In this document: one piece after another, positions 1-8,738 of the stretch | How the letters are laid out: each line of letters opens with the position of its first letter | How positions within the stretch are numbered: the stretch's first letter is position 1 | From: Candidatus Bathyarchaeota archaeon | Lineage (GTDB): Archaea; Thermoproteota; Bathyarchaeia; Bathyarchaeales; Bathycorpusculaceae | Reading direction: 5' to 3' | DNA length: 64,000 bases | Assembly: GCA_963828195.1 (NCBI GenBank) | Contig: CAWHDT010000003.1 | Location: 397,397 to 461,396, forward strand | The notes under the pieces: model-generated | What the model saw: the letters and a program-made list of their open reading frames with translations, nothing else | The model's database searches: none | Told to the model about the DNA's origin: nothing | Translations under genes and position numbers: made by a program

Positions 1-1
1 T

Positions 2-1015
2 AGCGACGTTGGTATAAGCACTTATGGTACTGGTACTCAGATAATTGGGAATTATGTTCATGACTTGAACGGCACCATAGGTGGGGGAGGCAATGCAGAG
101 TGGGGCATCGCTGTTGAGGGAGGAAGCAACGCCACAATAACCCAGAACACCGTTCAAAACTGTTCAATTGGAATAGAGGATAGCGGGATGGATTACTGTG
201 TTATTTCAAACAATCTCGTGGTTGGCGCAAGTCAAGCCAGGCCTCAATATGGGATTGTATTGTCAGATGGTTACGGTACAAATGGCTGTTATTATAATTC
301 TGTTACTGACAATAATGTTACGGGAATATATTGTAATACAACTTTATATTTGGGCGGTATCGGAATATTTCTTCAGGGTGCAACTTTCAATTTTGTAGGT
401 GGAAACTACGTTTCTCAGTGCGGGAGCGACGGAATCTACCTTGACTCACCCAGCAATAATAACAATGTGACCCAGAATACATTTTCTGACCAAACTGTAG
501 GTCAATACTATACTATGGCGATAGGTGGAAGCGGGATAGAAATAGCTGGAACCAGCAATTACATAAGTCAAAACCAGGCTTTTGACGATCGCTCGGGTTC
601 TTCCAGAACGCAGCAATATGGCTTAGCTCTGGATTTGGGTGCAGCTAACAATAATCTGACTGGAAATAATGTGTACGGCAACGTAGTGGCGCAGATTTAT
701 GATGTTAATGTTCCTGAGAACATGATGGTAAGCAATGTTGGTTATAATCCGGTTGGTTCTATTGTGAAGCCGATTTCGGGTAACACGGCGTACCTTGTGG
801 ATTCCGGAAGCAACTCCACCTGGATAAGCGGAAAAGTGTATACGAACTCTGGCTCGCCTAAAGAACTGATTATTACTGGCGGAACAGTTTCCGCCGTCGC
901 CAAAAATGGGGTGACCCTTTTCACAGCGACAGGATGCACGGTGACTCTACAGCCAGAAGACACTTTCAGCATAACCTTCAGTCAAGCCCCAACCATCAGC
1001 GTCAGTGGAGAGTAA
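2..1015 (+). CDS. Right-handed parallel beta-helix (NosD/pectin-lyase-like) secreted protein, 5'-partial
   Basis: Repeated GI-x-L and N-x-I/V-x-x-N-x-V motifs, Asn/Gly rich. The frame is open back to position 2 (SDVGISTYGTGTQIIGNYVHDL), so the gene starts outside the window. Confidence 0.8.
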   Translation, partial: SDVGISTYGTGTQIIGNYVHDLNGTIGGGGNAEWGIAVEGGSNATITQNTVQNCSIGIEDSGMDYCVISNNLVVGASQARPQYGIVLSDGYGTNGCYYNSVTDNNVTGIYCNTTLYLGGIGIFLQGATFNFVGGNYVSQCGSDGIYLDSPSNNNNVTQNTFSDQTVGQYYTMAIGGSGIEIAGTSNYISQNQAFDDRSGSSRTQQYGLALDLGAANNNLTGNNVYGNVVAQIYDVNVPENMMVSNVGYNPVGSIVKPISGNTAYLVDSGSNSTWISGKVYTNSGSPKELIITGGTVSAVAKNGVTLFTATGCTVTLQPEDTFSITFSQAPTISVSGE

Positions 1016-1234
1016 GTCGGTTTTTTTTAACAGAATTATTCCCGCGATTATCAGGGCTATTAATACAGGATTTTGTGCAGAACGAGTCATTTTCATCTAT
1101 CGCGTTACCACATTTAGTGCAGCAAGGCATAACCAAACTCTTGCGTACAAGCGGTTACGGTGTTTCAAATATTAAAAATTAAGTACTGGGCACGAAATGG
1201 CCGTTACAAGGCACTATTTGTAGTTAATCATCCG

Positions 1235-1299
1235 TTGCCGTCCGTGTAACTCTGAGCTATCATCTGGTGTCTAGCTAATGCCTTCTCATCATCCGGCAA
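1235..1299 (-). ncRNA. Box C/D 2'-O-methylation guide sRNA, probably targeting 23S rRNA
   Basis: Minus strand reads TTGCCG-g-ATGATGA(C)-12 nt-TAGA(D')-6 nt-ATGATAG(C')-12 nt-CGGA(D)-CGGCAA. It has a 6-bp terminal stem and a TATA-like TTTTAT about 25 nt upstream. Both guides are complementary to recalled 23S H69/H70 consensus sequences. Confidence 0.7.
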
Positions 1300-1392
1300 G
1301 AACCATTTAGCGCCGCAAAGATAAAAGAGTATAGATGCCGATTCATTTTTAGATAAGAACGCTTTTATTTTTCGGTTGAAACCTTATTTTAA

Positions 1393-1980
1393 ATGGAGAA
1401 AATCACCATGAATTTTGTTGGTAGTCAAACAGAAAAAAACGTGTTGGCGGCGTTTGCAGGCGAGTCTCAGGCAAGAAACAGATATACTTTTTTCGCGAGT
1501 GTAGCCCGAAAAGAAGGGTACGAGCAAATCGGCGCCATTTTCGAGGAAACATCCGCTAACGAGAAAGAGCATGCAGAACTATTCTTTAAACATCTTAAGG
1601 GCGGCATGGTTGAAATCAAAGCTTCTTACCCAGCCGGCGTCATCGCATCAACCGCTGAAAACCTGAAAGCTTCTGCAGCTGGAGAGAAGCTTGAGTGGGG
1701 AACACTTTACCCCGACTTTTCAGAAGTTGCTGACAGAGAAGGCTTCTCAGATGTCGCGAATACATTTCGGGCAATCGCAAAAGTAGAAGCGTACCATGAA
1801 AGAAGATACAATAAACTTCTTGAAACCATGCAGAAGGGCCAAGTGTTCAAGAAAGATCAGCAGGTTAAATGGAAATGTCGGAACTGCGGTTTCGTCTTTG
1901 AAGGAAAAGAACCACCTGAAAAATGTCCTGTATGCGCTCATCCAAGAGCATACTTTGAAGTCTGGGTTGAAAACTATTGA
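1393..1980 (+). CDS. rbr: Rubrerythrin
   Basis: AFAGESQARNRY, two ExxH diiron motifs and a C-terminal CxxC...CPVC rubredoxin domain. The start may be the ATG at 1408. Confidence 0.95.
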   Translation: MEKITMNFVGSQTEKNVLAAFAGESQARNRYTFFASVARKEGYEQIGAIFEETSANEKEHAELFFKHLKGGMVEIKASYPAGVIASTAENLKASAAGEKLEWGTLYPDFSEVADREGFSDVANTFRAIAKVEAYHERRYNKLLETMQKGQVFKKDQQVKWKCRNCGFVFEGKEPPEKCPVCAHPRAYFEVWVENY

Positions 1981-2141
1981 TTTATTAGAAGTTAGTTACA
2001 ACCCCAAACTCTTTTTTGCTTAATTGTAATGACGCCTCCCAGTCTAACCGCCCGAAAATTTTTCCGTTATGCCCCACCTAACCAAAATTATATTAATAAA
2101 AAAACCATAATAGCGAAAGGGCGAGAAAATGCTGACTCAGG

Positions 2142-2465
2142 GTGTTAGCGTGGGGAGCAATTGTAATGTCATTAATGTTCGAAATAGGTTTCCTCTTTGT
2201 ATTAACTTTTGTTGGAACACAAGCTAATTATCTTACGTTGATTTTAATCATCGTTGGAGCTATGTCCATAACTGGTTTTTTGTTCCCGTATAACCGGATT
2301 ATTAAAGCCAATGCAGCGTACTGCGTTGACAAATCCTTGGACGCCATACAATACTTAAGAAAATTCAAAGGGGCATCCTTCTCGTTTGCTTCTTTTTTTC
2401 TAACAGGCGGTTTTGCGGCAGCTTTCCTTATTCTGGCACCGTTTTGTTTTTTACCAATCCATTGA
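2142..2465 (+). CDS. Small membrane protein (about 3 TM), hypothetical
   Basis: Hydrophobic segments. Start uncertain. Confidence 0.55.
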   Translation: MLAWGAIVMSLMFEIGFLFVLTFVGTQANYLTLILIIVGAMSITGFLFPYNRIIKANAAYCVDKSLDAIQYLRKFKGASFSFASFFLTGGFAAAFLILAPFCFLPIH

Positions 2466-2485
2466 TTAGCTGTTGAGGGCTTAAT

Positions 2486-3307
2486 TTGGGAAAAGAGTTT
2501 GAAGTATTCAAAAAACCAAGCATGGAAACAAAAATTTGGCGTTACATGGATTTTACTAAATTTGTGTCTATACTGAGCAAAAGCGCACTGTATTTTACCA
2601 GAATGGACTTATTAGACGACACATTTGAAGGCTCTATTCCTAAATATTTTCATTCCAAAAAGTCAGCAGAAGCCAAGAGGCAACTCAAAGGGATATTTCC
2701 TGAAGATTACAACAAGCGCTATAAAGAGATGCTGAACGCAGAAAAGAAACTCGACCGACTCTTTTATAAGTTCAATAAAGCCAAAAGAAAATTGGCGTTT
2801 ATAAACAGTTGGCACGTTAACGAATCTGAGTCTGCCGCAATGTGGCGATTATACCTTAAAAGCCCAGAGGGCGTTGTTTTTCAATCGACGTTCAACAGAT
2901 TAAGTGACTCTTTTATTCAAAAAGGAAACGTCATTTTTGGCATGATATATTACGTGGACGATTATAACAAAGAGTCCAAAGACTTCAGCGACATCAACTT
3001 TTACCTTCATTCCTTCCCATTCATGTTTAAAAGAAAATGCTTTGAGTACGAAAAAGAGCTTAGAGCCGTAATCTTGACAGAACCAGTAACTGAAAAAGCA
3101 AAGAAGCAGTATTTAACGAAACTGGGCATAAAAGGTATGCCGGAAGGTTTAGATGAGCAAGTCGATTTGCACAAATTAGTTGAAAAAATCTATGTGTCTC
3201 CAACCGCTGGAGCGTGGTTTGAAGAGTTGGTCCGGTCTGTTGTGGATAAATATGGCTTTAATTTAGAGATTACGCGATCTTCGTTAGCAGATAACCCAAC
3301 TTTTTGA
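2486..3307 (+). CDS. DUF2971-like protein
   Basis: IWRYMDFTKF..DDTFEG, SWH..ESAAMWRLY and KRKCFEYEKELR motifs typical of this family. Confidence 0.65.
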   Translation: MGKEFEVFKKPSMETKIWRYMDFTKFVSILSKSALYFTRMDLLDDTFEGSIPKYFHSKKSAEAKRQLKGIFPEDYNKRYKEMLNAEKKLDRLFYKFNKAKRKLAFINSWHVNESESAAMWRLYLKSPEGVVFQSTFNRLSDSFIQKGNVIFGMIYYVDDYNKESKDFSDINFYLHSFPFMFKRKCFEYEKELRAVILTEPVTEKAKKQYLTKLGIKGMPEGLDEQVDLHKLVEKIYVSPTAGAWFEELVRSVVDKYGFNLEITRSSLADNPTF

Positions 3308-3371
3308 CAGCAATTATTTCTTAGAAACATTTGCTTAAATAAAAATGATCTAAAATCAGAAAATGTCTACA

Positions 3372-4427
3372 TTAATGGAAAAGCTGCAAAAGAATAGCTA
3401 TAACCACTAAAGAAACAGCAAAATACGGTGAACGGGCTACAGACTTTAAGGTATCAGTGGGCGTGACGACGGTTATCATTAAAGATAATTCGGACATTGG
3501 GTATTCCTTTTCACCCCTTCCTGTTTTGATATTTTTTAACGCTGTTAACGCATCTCTAAGATCCTCTTTGCGTTGCACTCTCCCCAAAGACTTGAGGAAG
3601 AGTTGAATTTGATCCGTAACTACGACCAGCCCTTCATCTTTTCCTGCCAGAAATTCGCAGCAAAGTATCTTGCTATATTCGTTTAAACCCTCAAGACTGA
3701 CAGGGACGAGCATTGAACGATTGAGATAGTCATTATATGCTTTTAATCCAGTATCAAAAAGACTTGTTAAGCTCTTTATTATTTTCTTTCTTTCCAGATC
3801 ATCCTGTGTATGTGTTAGATTTATTGCTTTAACTAAGGCCAATTTAATGTAAATACGAGCCTTCCTGAATCTCGTTAAAGAGCCGAATAGCAAAAAAATC
3901 ATTATAAACAGTAATGCAATCGTAATATTGAGAGAATAATCAGCTAAAGAAAAAAATTCTCCGTTATTTTTGACCCACTGAGGAAAATAAACGCTCAATG
4001 ACAAGGAAGCAGCAAACAATAATACGAAAATCGACATTAGAAATGCAACGAAATATATTCGGTATTTATCTAAAAAAATAAGGCTCTCTTGGTACAGTTC
4101 CTTCCTGCCCAATGACCTGAAGATTAAAGCGTGTGTTAAAACTACAACTGCGAGAATAGTTGCCCAAATATAGACTCCTAAAGACACTGGTGTCAAAAAG
4201 TGTATGATGATCTCAAAAATGGTTAAGAGCATTATGATTATGCTTAGCTCAATGAGCCTAATGTGCTGTCCATACGACTGGTAAAACCTTTCGCTCGGTT
4301 TTATTCTTCTAAACGCTTCTCTAAGCATAAATGCTAATAATGTTTTAGAGTTAAATAATTTGGCGTCTCTACAGAGTAACTTTTTGCATTGACCGAAATT
4401 GGCTATATTTTTGAGTGTGATAAGCAC
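3372..4427 (-). CDS. Hypothetical multi-pass membrane protein
   Basis: Four N-terminal TM segments, a soluble domain and a C-terminal TM. AT-rich. The true start is probably downstream (MLREAF). Confidence 0.6.
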   Translation of the reverse strand: MLITLKNIANFGQCKKLLCRDAKLFNSKTLLAFMLREAFRRIKPSERFYQSYGQHIRLIELSIIIMLLTIFEIIIHFLTPVSLGVYIWATILAVVVLTHALIFRSLGRKELYQESLIFLDKYRIYFVAFLMSIFVLLFAASLSLSVYFPQWVKNNGEFFSLADYSLNITIALLFIMIFLLFGSLTRFRKARIYIKLALVKAINLTHTQDDLERKKIIKSLTSLFDTGLKAYNDYLNRSMLVPVSLEGLNEYSKILCCEFLAGKDEGLVVVTDQIQLFLKSLGRVQRKEDLRDALTALKNIKTGRGEKEYPMSELSLMITVVTPTDTLKSVARSPYFAVSLVVIAILLQLFH

Positions 4428-4463
4428 TTTTTCACTATTTTCATTGTGTGAAGGGGAAAATGT

Positions 4464-5099
4464 GTGACTGTAATTGTCCCAGAAAAAGAAGAAGTTGAAT
4501 TAATAAATGCCAGTAAGAACATTCTTGCAAAATTTAAAATTGAGGGGCTAACCAGCGGAGCAATCCACGAAATTATTATTGACGACAGAACCGGTAGAGT
4601 TTTAAGCGGTAGCCACCGAAAGAAATCTGACCCAGCTTGGCCTGAGAATCATATCCGCACAAAAAACGAGTTAGAAGCCCAACTCATCATTCTGCACAGC
4701 AACTTCCAAAGGCAAGTTTCCAGCGAGGAAACATGTGTTCATCTGCTAAAAATAGCCGAATGTCTTGAAGCTGAACAAGGGATTCCAAAACACAGAATCG
4801 CGCAGACATTGCTCGAATACTTACCAATGTCGCAGCGCAGAATTCAAGAACTGCTACCACGCGAATACAAAGAAAAACCGCGCACTCCACCAGGAACAAA
4901 CGCCCAAAAAATGAACCAAGAGGAAAGAGAAGCCCTCCAAAAGATTGAGGAAAAACTAAAAGAATTAACTGGAAAATCAGTACAGCCTTCCGACGACATG
5001 ACTGATGCTTTATGCCCAAAGACGGTGTACCGTACAGTCCTTATCCATCAAAAGAATGCAAGTGCCAGGGCTGTCAACATGAGAATAATTGCCCTATGA
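4464..5099 (+). CDS. ParB/Srx-like N-terminal domain protein with HTH-like region
   Basis: EIIIDDRTGRVLSGSHR (ParB GxxR box) and ILHSNFQRQVS (ENLQR-like). See the frameshift finding. Confidence 0.65.
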   Translation: MTVIVPEKEEVELINASKNILAKFKIEGLTSGAIHEIIIDDRTGRVLSGSHRKKSDPAWPENHIRTKNELEAQLIILHSNFQRQVSSEETCVHLLKIAECLEAEQGIPKHRIAQTLLEYLPMSQRRIQELLPREYKEKPRTPPGTNAQKMNQEEREALQKIEEKLKELTGKSVQPSDDMTDALCPKTVYRTVLIHQKNASARAVNMRIIAL

Positions 5100-5183
5100 C
5101 TAATCTTGTATATAACCTTTAATAACTGTTAAGTTTGGGTTGAAAACTACTAACAACCCTTTTTTTATAAAAATCGTTCGTGC

Positions 5184-5690
5184 CTAAACGATATATTTGC
5201 CTGTTTTTTCAAAATCCTTAACAATTTCCATGACACGCTTGGGTGCATTGAATGGTCCCAGCGGAATATCTTTTAGAAGAACCCATGGGCTTTTGCAAGC
5301 TAAAACCGTTGCAATATGCTGTTCTCCAAAGCATTTTTTGGCGACTTGAACCACCATGTGCCGCACCTCAACCTCAGAGAGTTCCCCGAGGGCATGCAGG
5401 TACTCGTGCAGCAAAAGATTGTAGGTTAATGCGTTCACTGTTGATTTGGAGCTGACAGAGTGCTCAACAATTTCGACGAGCGCGCGGTTCAAAACGATGT
5501 TGTTGGTTCCCACGGGGTAGTACGCTCCAAGCTGAAGAGGCAAATCATCCAGAAACAGCATCATGCCCTCCCTTTTTTTGCCTTGAGCGAACTCCACTGT
5601 ATCTTTTACTATCTGCCATACTTGACCGTAATTTTCGGCATTGTCTAGCTGTGAAGCAAACCGATTTTCTGCTTGTGAATCAGCACTCAA
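5184..5690 (-). CDS. Conserved archaeal HExxH zincin-like protein
   Basis: LGAYYPVGTNNIVLNR...LLHEYLHALG. Confidence 0.7.
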   Translation of the reverse strand: MSADSQAENRFASQLDNAENYGQVWQIVKDTVEFAQGKKREGMMLFLDDLPLQLGAYYPVGTNNIVLNRALVEIVEHSVSSKSTVNALTYNLLLHEYLHALGELSEVEVRHMVVQVAKKCFGEQHIATVLACKSPWVLLKDIPLGPFNAPKRVMEIVKDFEKTGKYIV

Positions 5691-5800
5691 AAAGTAAGCT
5701 CACCTTTATGGAAGAGTGAATATGAACTAGGCTTTAAGTTTTGCAGCCCCACACCACAAAAGAAAGGGCCTACCGCAAAACGTAACTTAAATCATTAGTT

Positions 5801-6810
5801 ATTTCAATTCTACCTTAGCTCGATTTCAACATTGCATCGAAGCCCTATTATCTCAGCTTCTAATCTATTTCAATTCTACCTTAGCTCGATTTCAACCTGC
5901 AAGCAGTGTTTACGTGCTTATGGTTGTTTCCGCATTTCAATTCTACCTTAGCTCGATTTCAACCGCCTCAAACGATTCTTTTTGTAATCTTTCGCCTTTA
6001 TTTCAATTCTACCTTAGCTCGATTTCAACCTGGTCCACTGTAAGGTGTCGCTGTTGGGTTAGTCGATTTCAATTCTACCTTAGCTCGATTTCAACCGCCT
6101 CAAACGATTCTTTTTGTAATCTTTCGCCTTTATTTCAATTCTACCTTAGCTCGATTTCAACCTGGTCCACTGTAAGGTGTCGCTGTTGGGTTAGTCGATT
6201 TCAATTCTACCTTAGCTCGATTTCAACCGCTTTTCTTTTTAACTGCGCCACTATTGATTTTTCATTTCAATTCTACCTTAGCTCGATTTCAACATGAAAA
6301 CGTCACGGTGTTGATGGAGGAATCTCAGCATTTCAATTCTACCTTAGCTCGATTTCAACCACAATCAACACTGTTATGTCCGCCGTAACGTTAAGCAATT
6401 TCAATTCTACCTTAGCTCGATTTCAACATAATGAGCTAATTTGCTAGTGCCATCTGGTTTGCGGATTTCAATTCTACCTTAGCTCGATTTCAACGAAATT
6501 CTCTGATGTTGCACACCTGTTCATGGATTTAATATTTCAATTCTACCTTAGCTCGATTTCAACGAAATTCTCTGATGTTGCGCACCGTTCAGGTTATAAT
6601 ATTTCAATTCTACCTTAGCTCGATTTCAACAGCTGTCAACGAGGACAATTCTGAGTGATTCAATCTCTGAGTCATTTACGCTCTAATGCATCGTCCTGCA
6701 ACAAATTTCAATTCTACCTTAGCTCGATTTCAACTATAACGCTCCAATGATATCTCTATTGACAACGACTAGATAACTAAATTTCAATTCTACCTTAGCT
6801 CGATTTCAAC
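5801..6810 (-). CRISPR. Type I-B CRISPR array: 15 identical 30-bp repeats (GTTGAAATCGAGCTAAGGTAGAATTGAAAT on the transcribed strand), 14 spacers
   Basis: Repeats start at 5801, 5867, 5934, 6000, 6066, 6132, 6198, 6264, 6330, 6398, 6465, 6534, 6601, 6705 and 6781. Spacers are 36-39 bp except for 74 and 46 bp. The 3' ATTGAAAT handle and the leader position set the minus orientation. Confidence 0.98.
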
Positions 6811-6915
6811 AGGGCGGTTTTTACGCTTGTTTTTACTATCAAAGCAGGGAATTTAAGGTTTTTCAGGTGCCGTAAAAGTCAAGGTGCAACGGTGCCTCTG
6901 ATTTATAAATGCTTA
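6811..6915 (-). promoter_or_regulatory. CRISPR leader with BRE/TATA
   Basis: Non-coding gap between cas2 and the first repeat. Minus-strand GAAAAACCTTAAAT at 6864-6851, about 40 nt from the first repeat. Confidence 0.75.
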
Positions 6916-7179
6916 CTAGAGTACGGTTGTCACTTCGCTTTTTTCTATGCCTAAAACTTCTTTGGTGACCCATTTCGGGTCCGGCGTTTCATAAAAAATG
7001 ATGGAGTCTTTGTCTTTCTCAATAAGCTTGTTCAAGCCCACCTTTACTTTTGCCACTTCACCCTCTTTAAGTTCGCCTTCAAACGCAGAGTTTTGCACCC
7101 AATTCAAGTATTGCTTTAGGTATTTCCGCACTCTGTCTATTCTTTCGACAGCTATATCGTAAACTACTATTATGTACAT
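6916..7179 (-). CDS. cas2: CRISPR-associated Cas2
   Basis: MYIIVVYDI...WVQNSAFEGEL. True start is the ATG at 7179; the longer ORF overlaps cas1. Confidence 0.95.
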   Translation of the reverse strand: MYIIVVYDIAVERIDRVRKYLKQYLNWVQNSAFEGELKEGEVAKVKVGLNKLIEKDKDSIIFYETPDPKWVTKEVLGIEKSEVTTVL

Positions 7180-7183
7180 CGCG

Positions 7184-8173
7184 TCACCACCATGCTTTGA
7201 AGCCCTCATATTTTTTTTCGCCGAGAAGATGCTTAACCAGCTTATAGCATTCCAACCGAATGAGCCGCTGATATGAAACGTGGCGGTCAAGGGTCTGATG
7301 CATCACTGTAGTCTTGAGTTTTTCATCGTATTCTTGGACGAAGAGTTTTCTGCCATCTTCTTTTAGGTAGCAGTAGTTCAATTCTTGCAGAAAATGGCTG
7401 GGTTTTATGAGGCGGTTGTTGACTAGGTTAAAGATGGTTCGATCCACTATGATGGGTTTGAAGACTTCGCTTATATCAAGGCTCAACGAGAAGCGTCTTT
7501 CGCCGGGTTCATGCAGATAGCTGATTGTTGGGTTCAGTTGAGTGTTGTAGATTTCCGACAGCGTAGTTGAGTACATCAGTGAGTTGCCGAAGCTTATGAG
7601 GCAGTTCATCATGTTGTCAGGCGGCTGCTTGACGCGTTTGTCCAGTTCAAAGCCTTCCCGCAGGATTTCGCCGTAGCTATTGTAGTAGTGGCTTCTTATG
7701 CGTCCTTCCACGCTCATCAACTCAGAAATCTGGTTGACATGGTCGATTTCTAAGCGGCATTTCTCGATTTCTTCGATGTATGCGTCAACGGGTTTGTCTT
7801 GTTTGCGGTAGTACTGGAGGTTTTTGAGGATGTTGTAGCTGGCGGTGTTTATGAATTCCTTTGCAATCGCCAACCTTTGCGCTTTGTCCATGTAATGCGC
7901 TACCTGTTTAACTATTAGGAAGCCTGAGAGCAAATGCGCGCGTGGGTAGAAGGTGCCTGAGTAGTAGCCGTAGTAGTTGAAGAAGTGGATGGGTATGTGC
8001 TTCTGCGTAAGATAGTTGAGTAGTTTAGTGTTTAGGTCCAATTCGCCGTAAGCGTATATGGCGTAGATATCATTGATGGGAATGGCTTTTTTGCCGTTAA
8101 CGTTCTCAAAGTAAACCGTGTTTTCTTCACGCCGCAGCCTGCCGCTGCTCATGATATAGTAGTTTTTAGCCAT
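7184..8173 (-). CDS. cas1: CRISPR-associated Cas1 (I-B Hmari/Tneap type)
   Basis: HFFNYYGYYSGTFYP, ISYLHEP, SLDISEVFKP. Confidence 0.97.
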   Translation of the reverse strand: MAKNYYIMSSGRLRREENTVYFENVNGKKAIPINDIYAIYAYGELDLNTKLLNYLTQKHIPIHFFNYYGYYSGTFYPRAHLLSGFLIVKQVAHYMDKAQRLAIAKEFINTASYNILKNLQYYRKQDKPVDAYIEEIEKCRLEIDHVNQISELMSVEGRIRSHYYNSYGEILREGFELDKRVKQPPDNMMNCLISFGNSLMYSTTLSEIYNTQLNPTISYLHEPGERRFSLSLDISEVFKPIIVDRTIFNLVNNRLIKPSHFLQELNYCYLKEDGRKLFVQEYDEKLKTTVMHQTLDRHVSYQRLIRLECYKLVKHLLGEKKYEGFKAWW

Positions 8174-8176
8174 ACT

Positions 8177-8719
8177 TTAGCACCAACATAACTCGAAGTA
8201 ACTGCATTTTTTGCAAAACCCCTTTTTCTCCACCACCGGAGGCTGAGACAAAGCCACGATTTTACCCATCTCCAGCAAGATGCCTTCAAGTTCCTTGATG
8301 TTTTCCTCCGTCAACTCAACGGGTACCGTCTTTTTCAGAAGCGGATAATGCAACACGCCTTTTACCTCAACGCCAAGTTTCTTAAGATAATAAAGGTAGT
8401 AGAGTAACTGGAAGAGGTGTGCTTTCTCCAATCGGCGGGAACGCTTAACCTCATGAATTTCGCCTTTGCCAAGCTCTGCAAAGTCGATTTTGATTCTGCC
8501 GATGCTGACTTCCTTAAACTTGCGGTTATAACCCTCCTCATGAAGAAGCTTACCCAGCAAAACCAAATCCGAATCGGCCTCCAAAGTCAGGTTATGCGAG
8601 AAAAACCACAACTTGCGAATGCAAACAAAAAAATAATTAATCTCCGTACCAGTAAACGATAGAGCATCTGACGAAGGTTGTTGGGTCAATTCTTTCTCCT
8701 CTATATTCTTCATTGTCAT
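8177..8719 (-). CDS. cas4: CRISPR-associated Cas4
   Basis: YFFVCIRKLW, IKID..HEVK, QL-xx-Y and C-terminal CKKCSYFELC (4Fe-4S cysteines intact). Confidence 0.95.
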   Translation of the reverse strand: MTMKNIEEKELTQQPSSDALSFTGTEINYFFVCIRKLWFFSHNLTLEADSDLVLLGKLLHEEGYNRKFKEVSIGRIKIDFAELGKGEIHEVKRSRRLEKAHLFQLLYYLYYLKKLGVEVKGVLHYPLLKKTVPVELTEENIKELEGILLEMGKIVALSQPPVVEKKGFCKKCSYFELCWC

Positions 8720-8738
8720 TTTGTAAACTGATTATATT

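Noticed and set aside
2129-2144. Upstream ATG one base out of frame with the 2142 ORF (ATG CTG ACT CAG G GTG)
   Set aside because: Could be a homopolymer indel or chance. It is noted only as a caution that the assembly may contain indels.
5914-6297. 127-aa ORF with repeated FQFYLSSIST
   Set aside because: It is a translation of CRISPR repeats with 66-bp periodicity, not a gene.
5831-6780. Self-targeting spacers
   Set aside because: I found no spacer match elsewhere in the window by eye. A genome-wide search is still needed.
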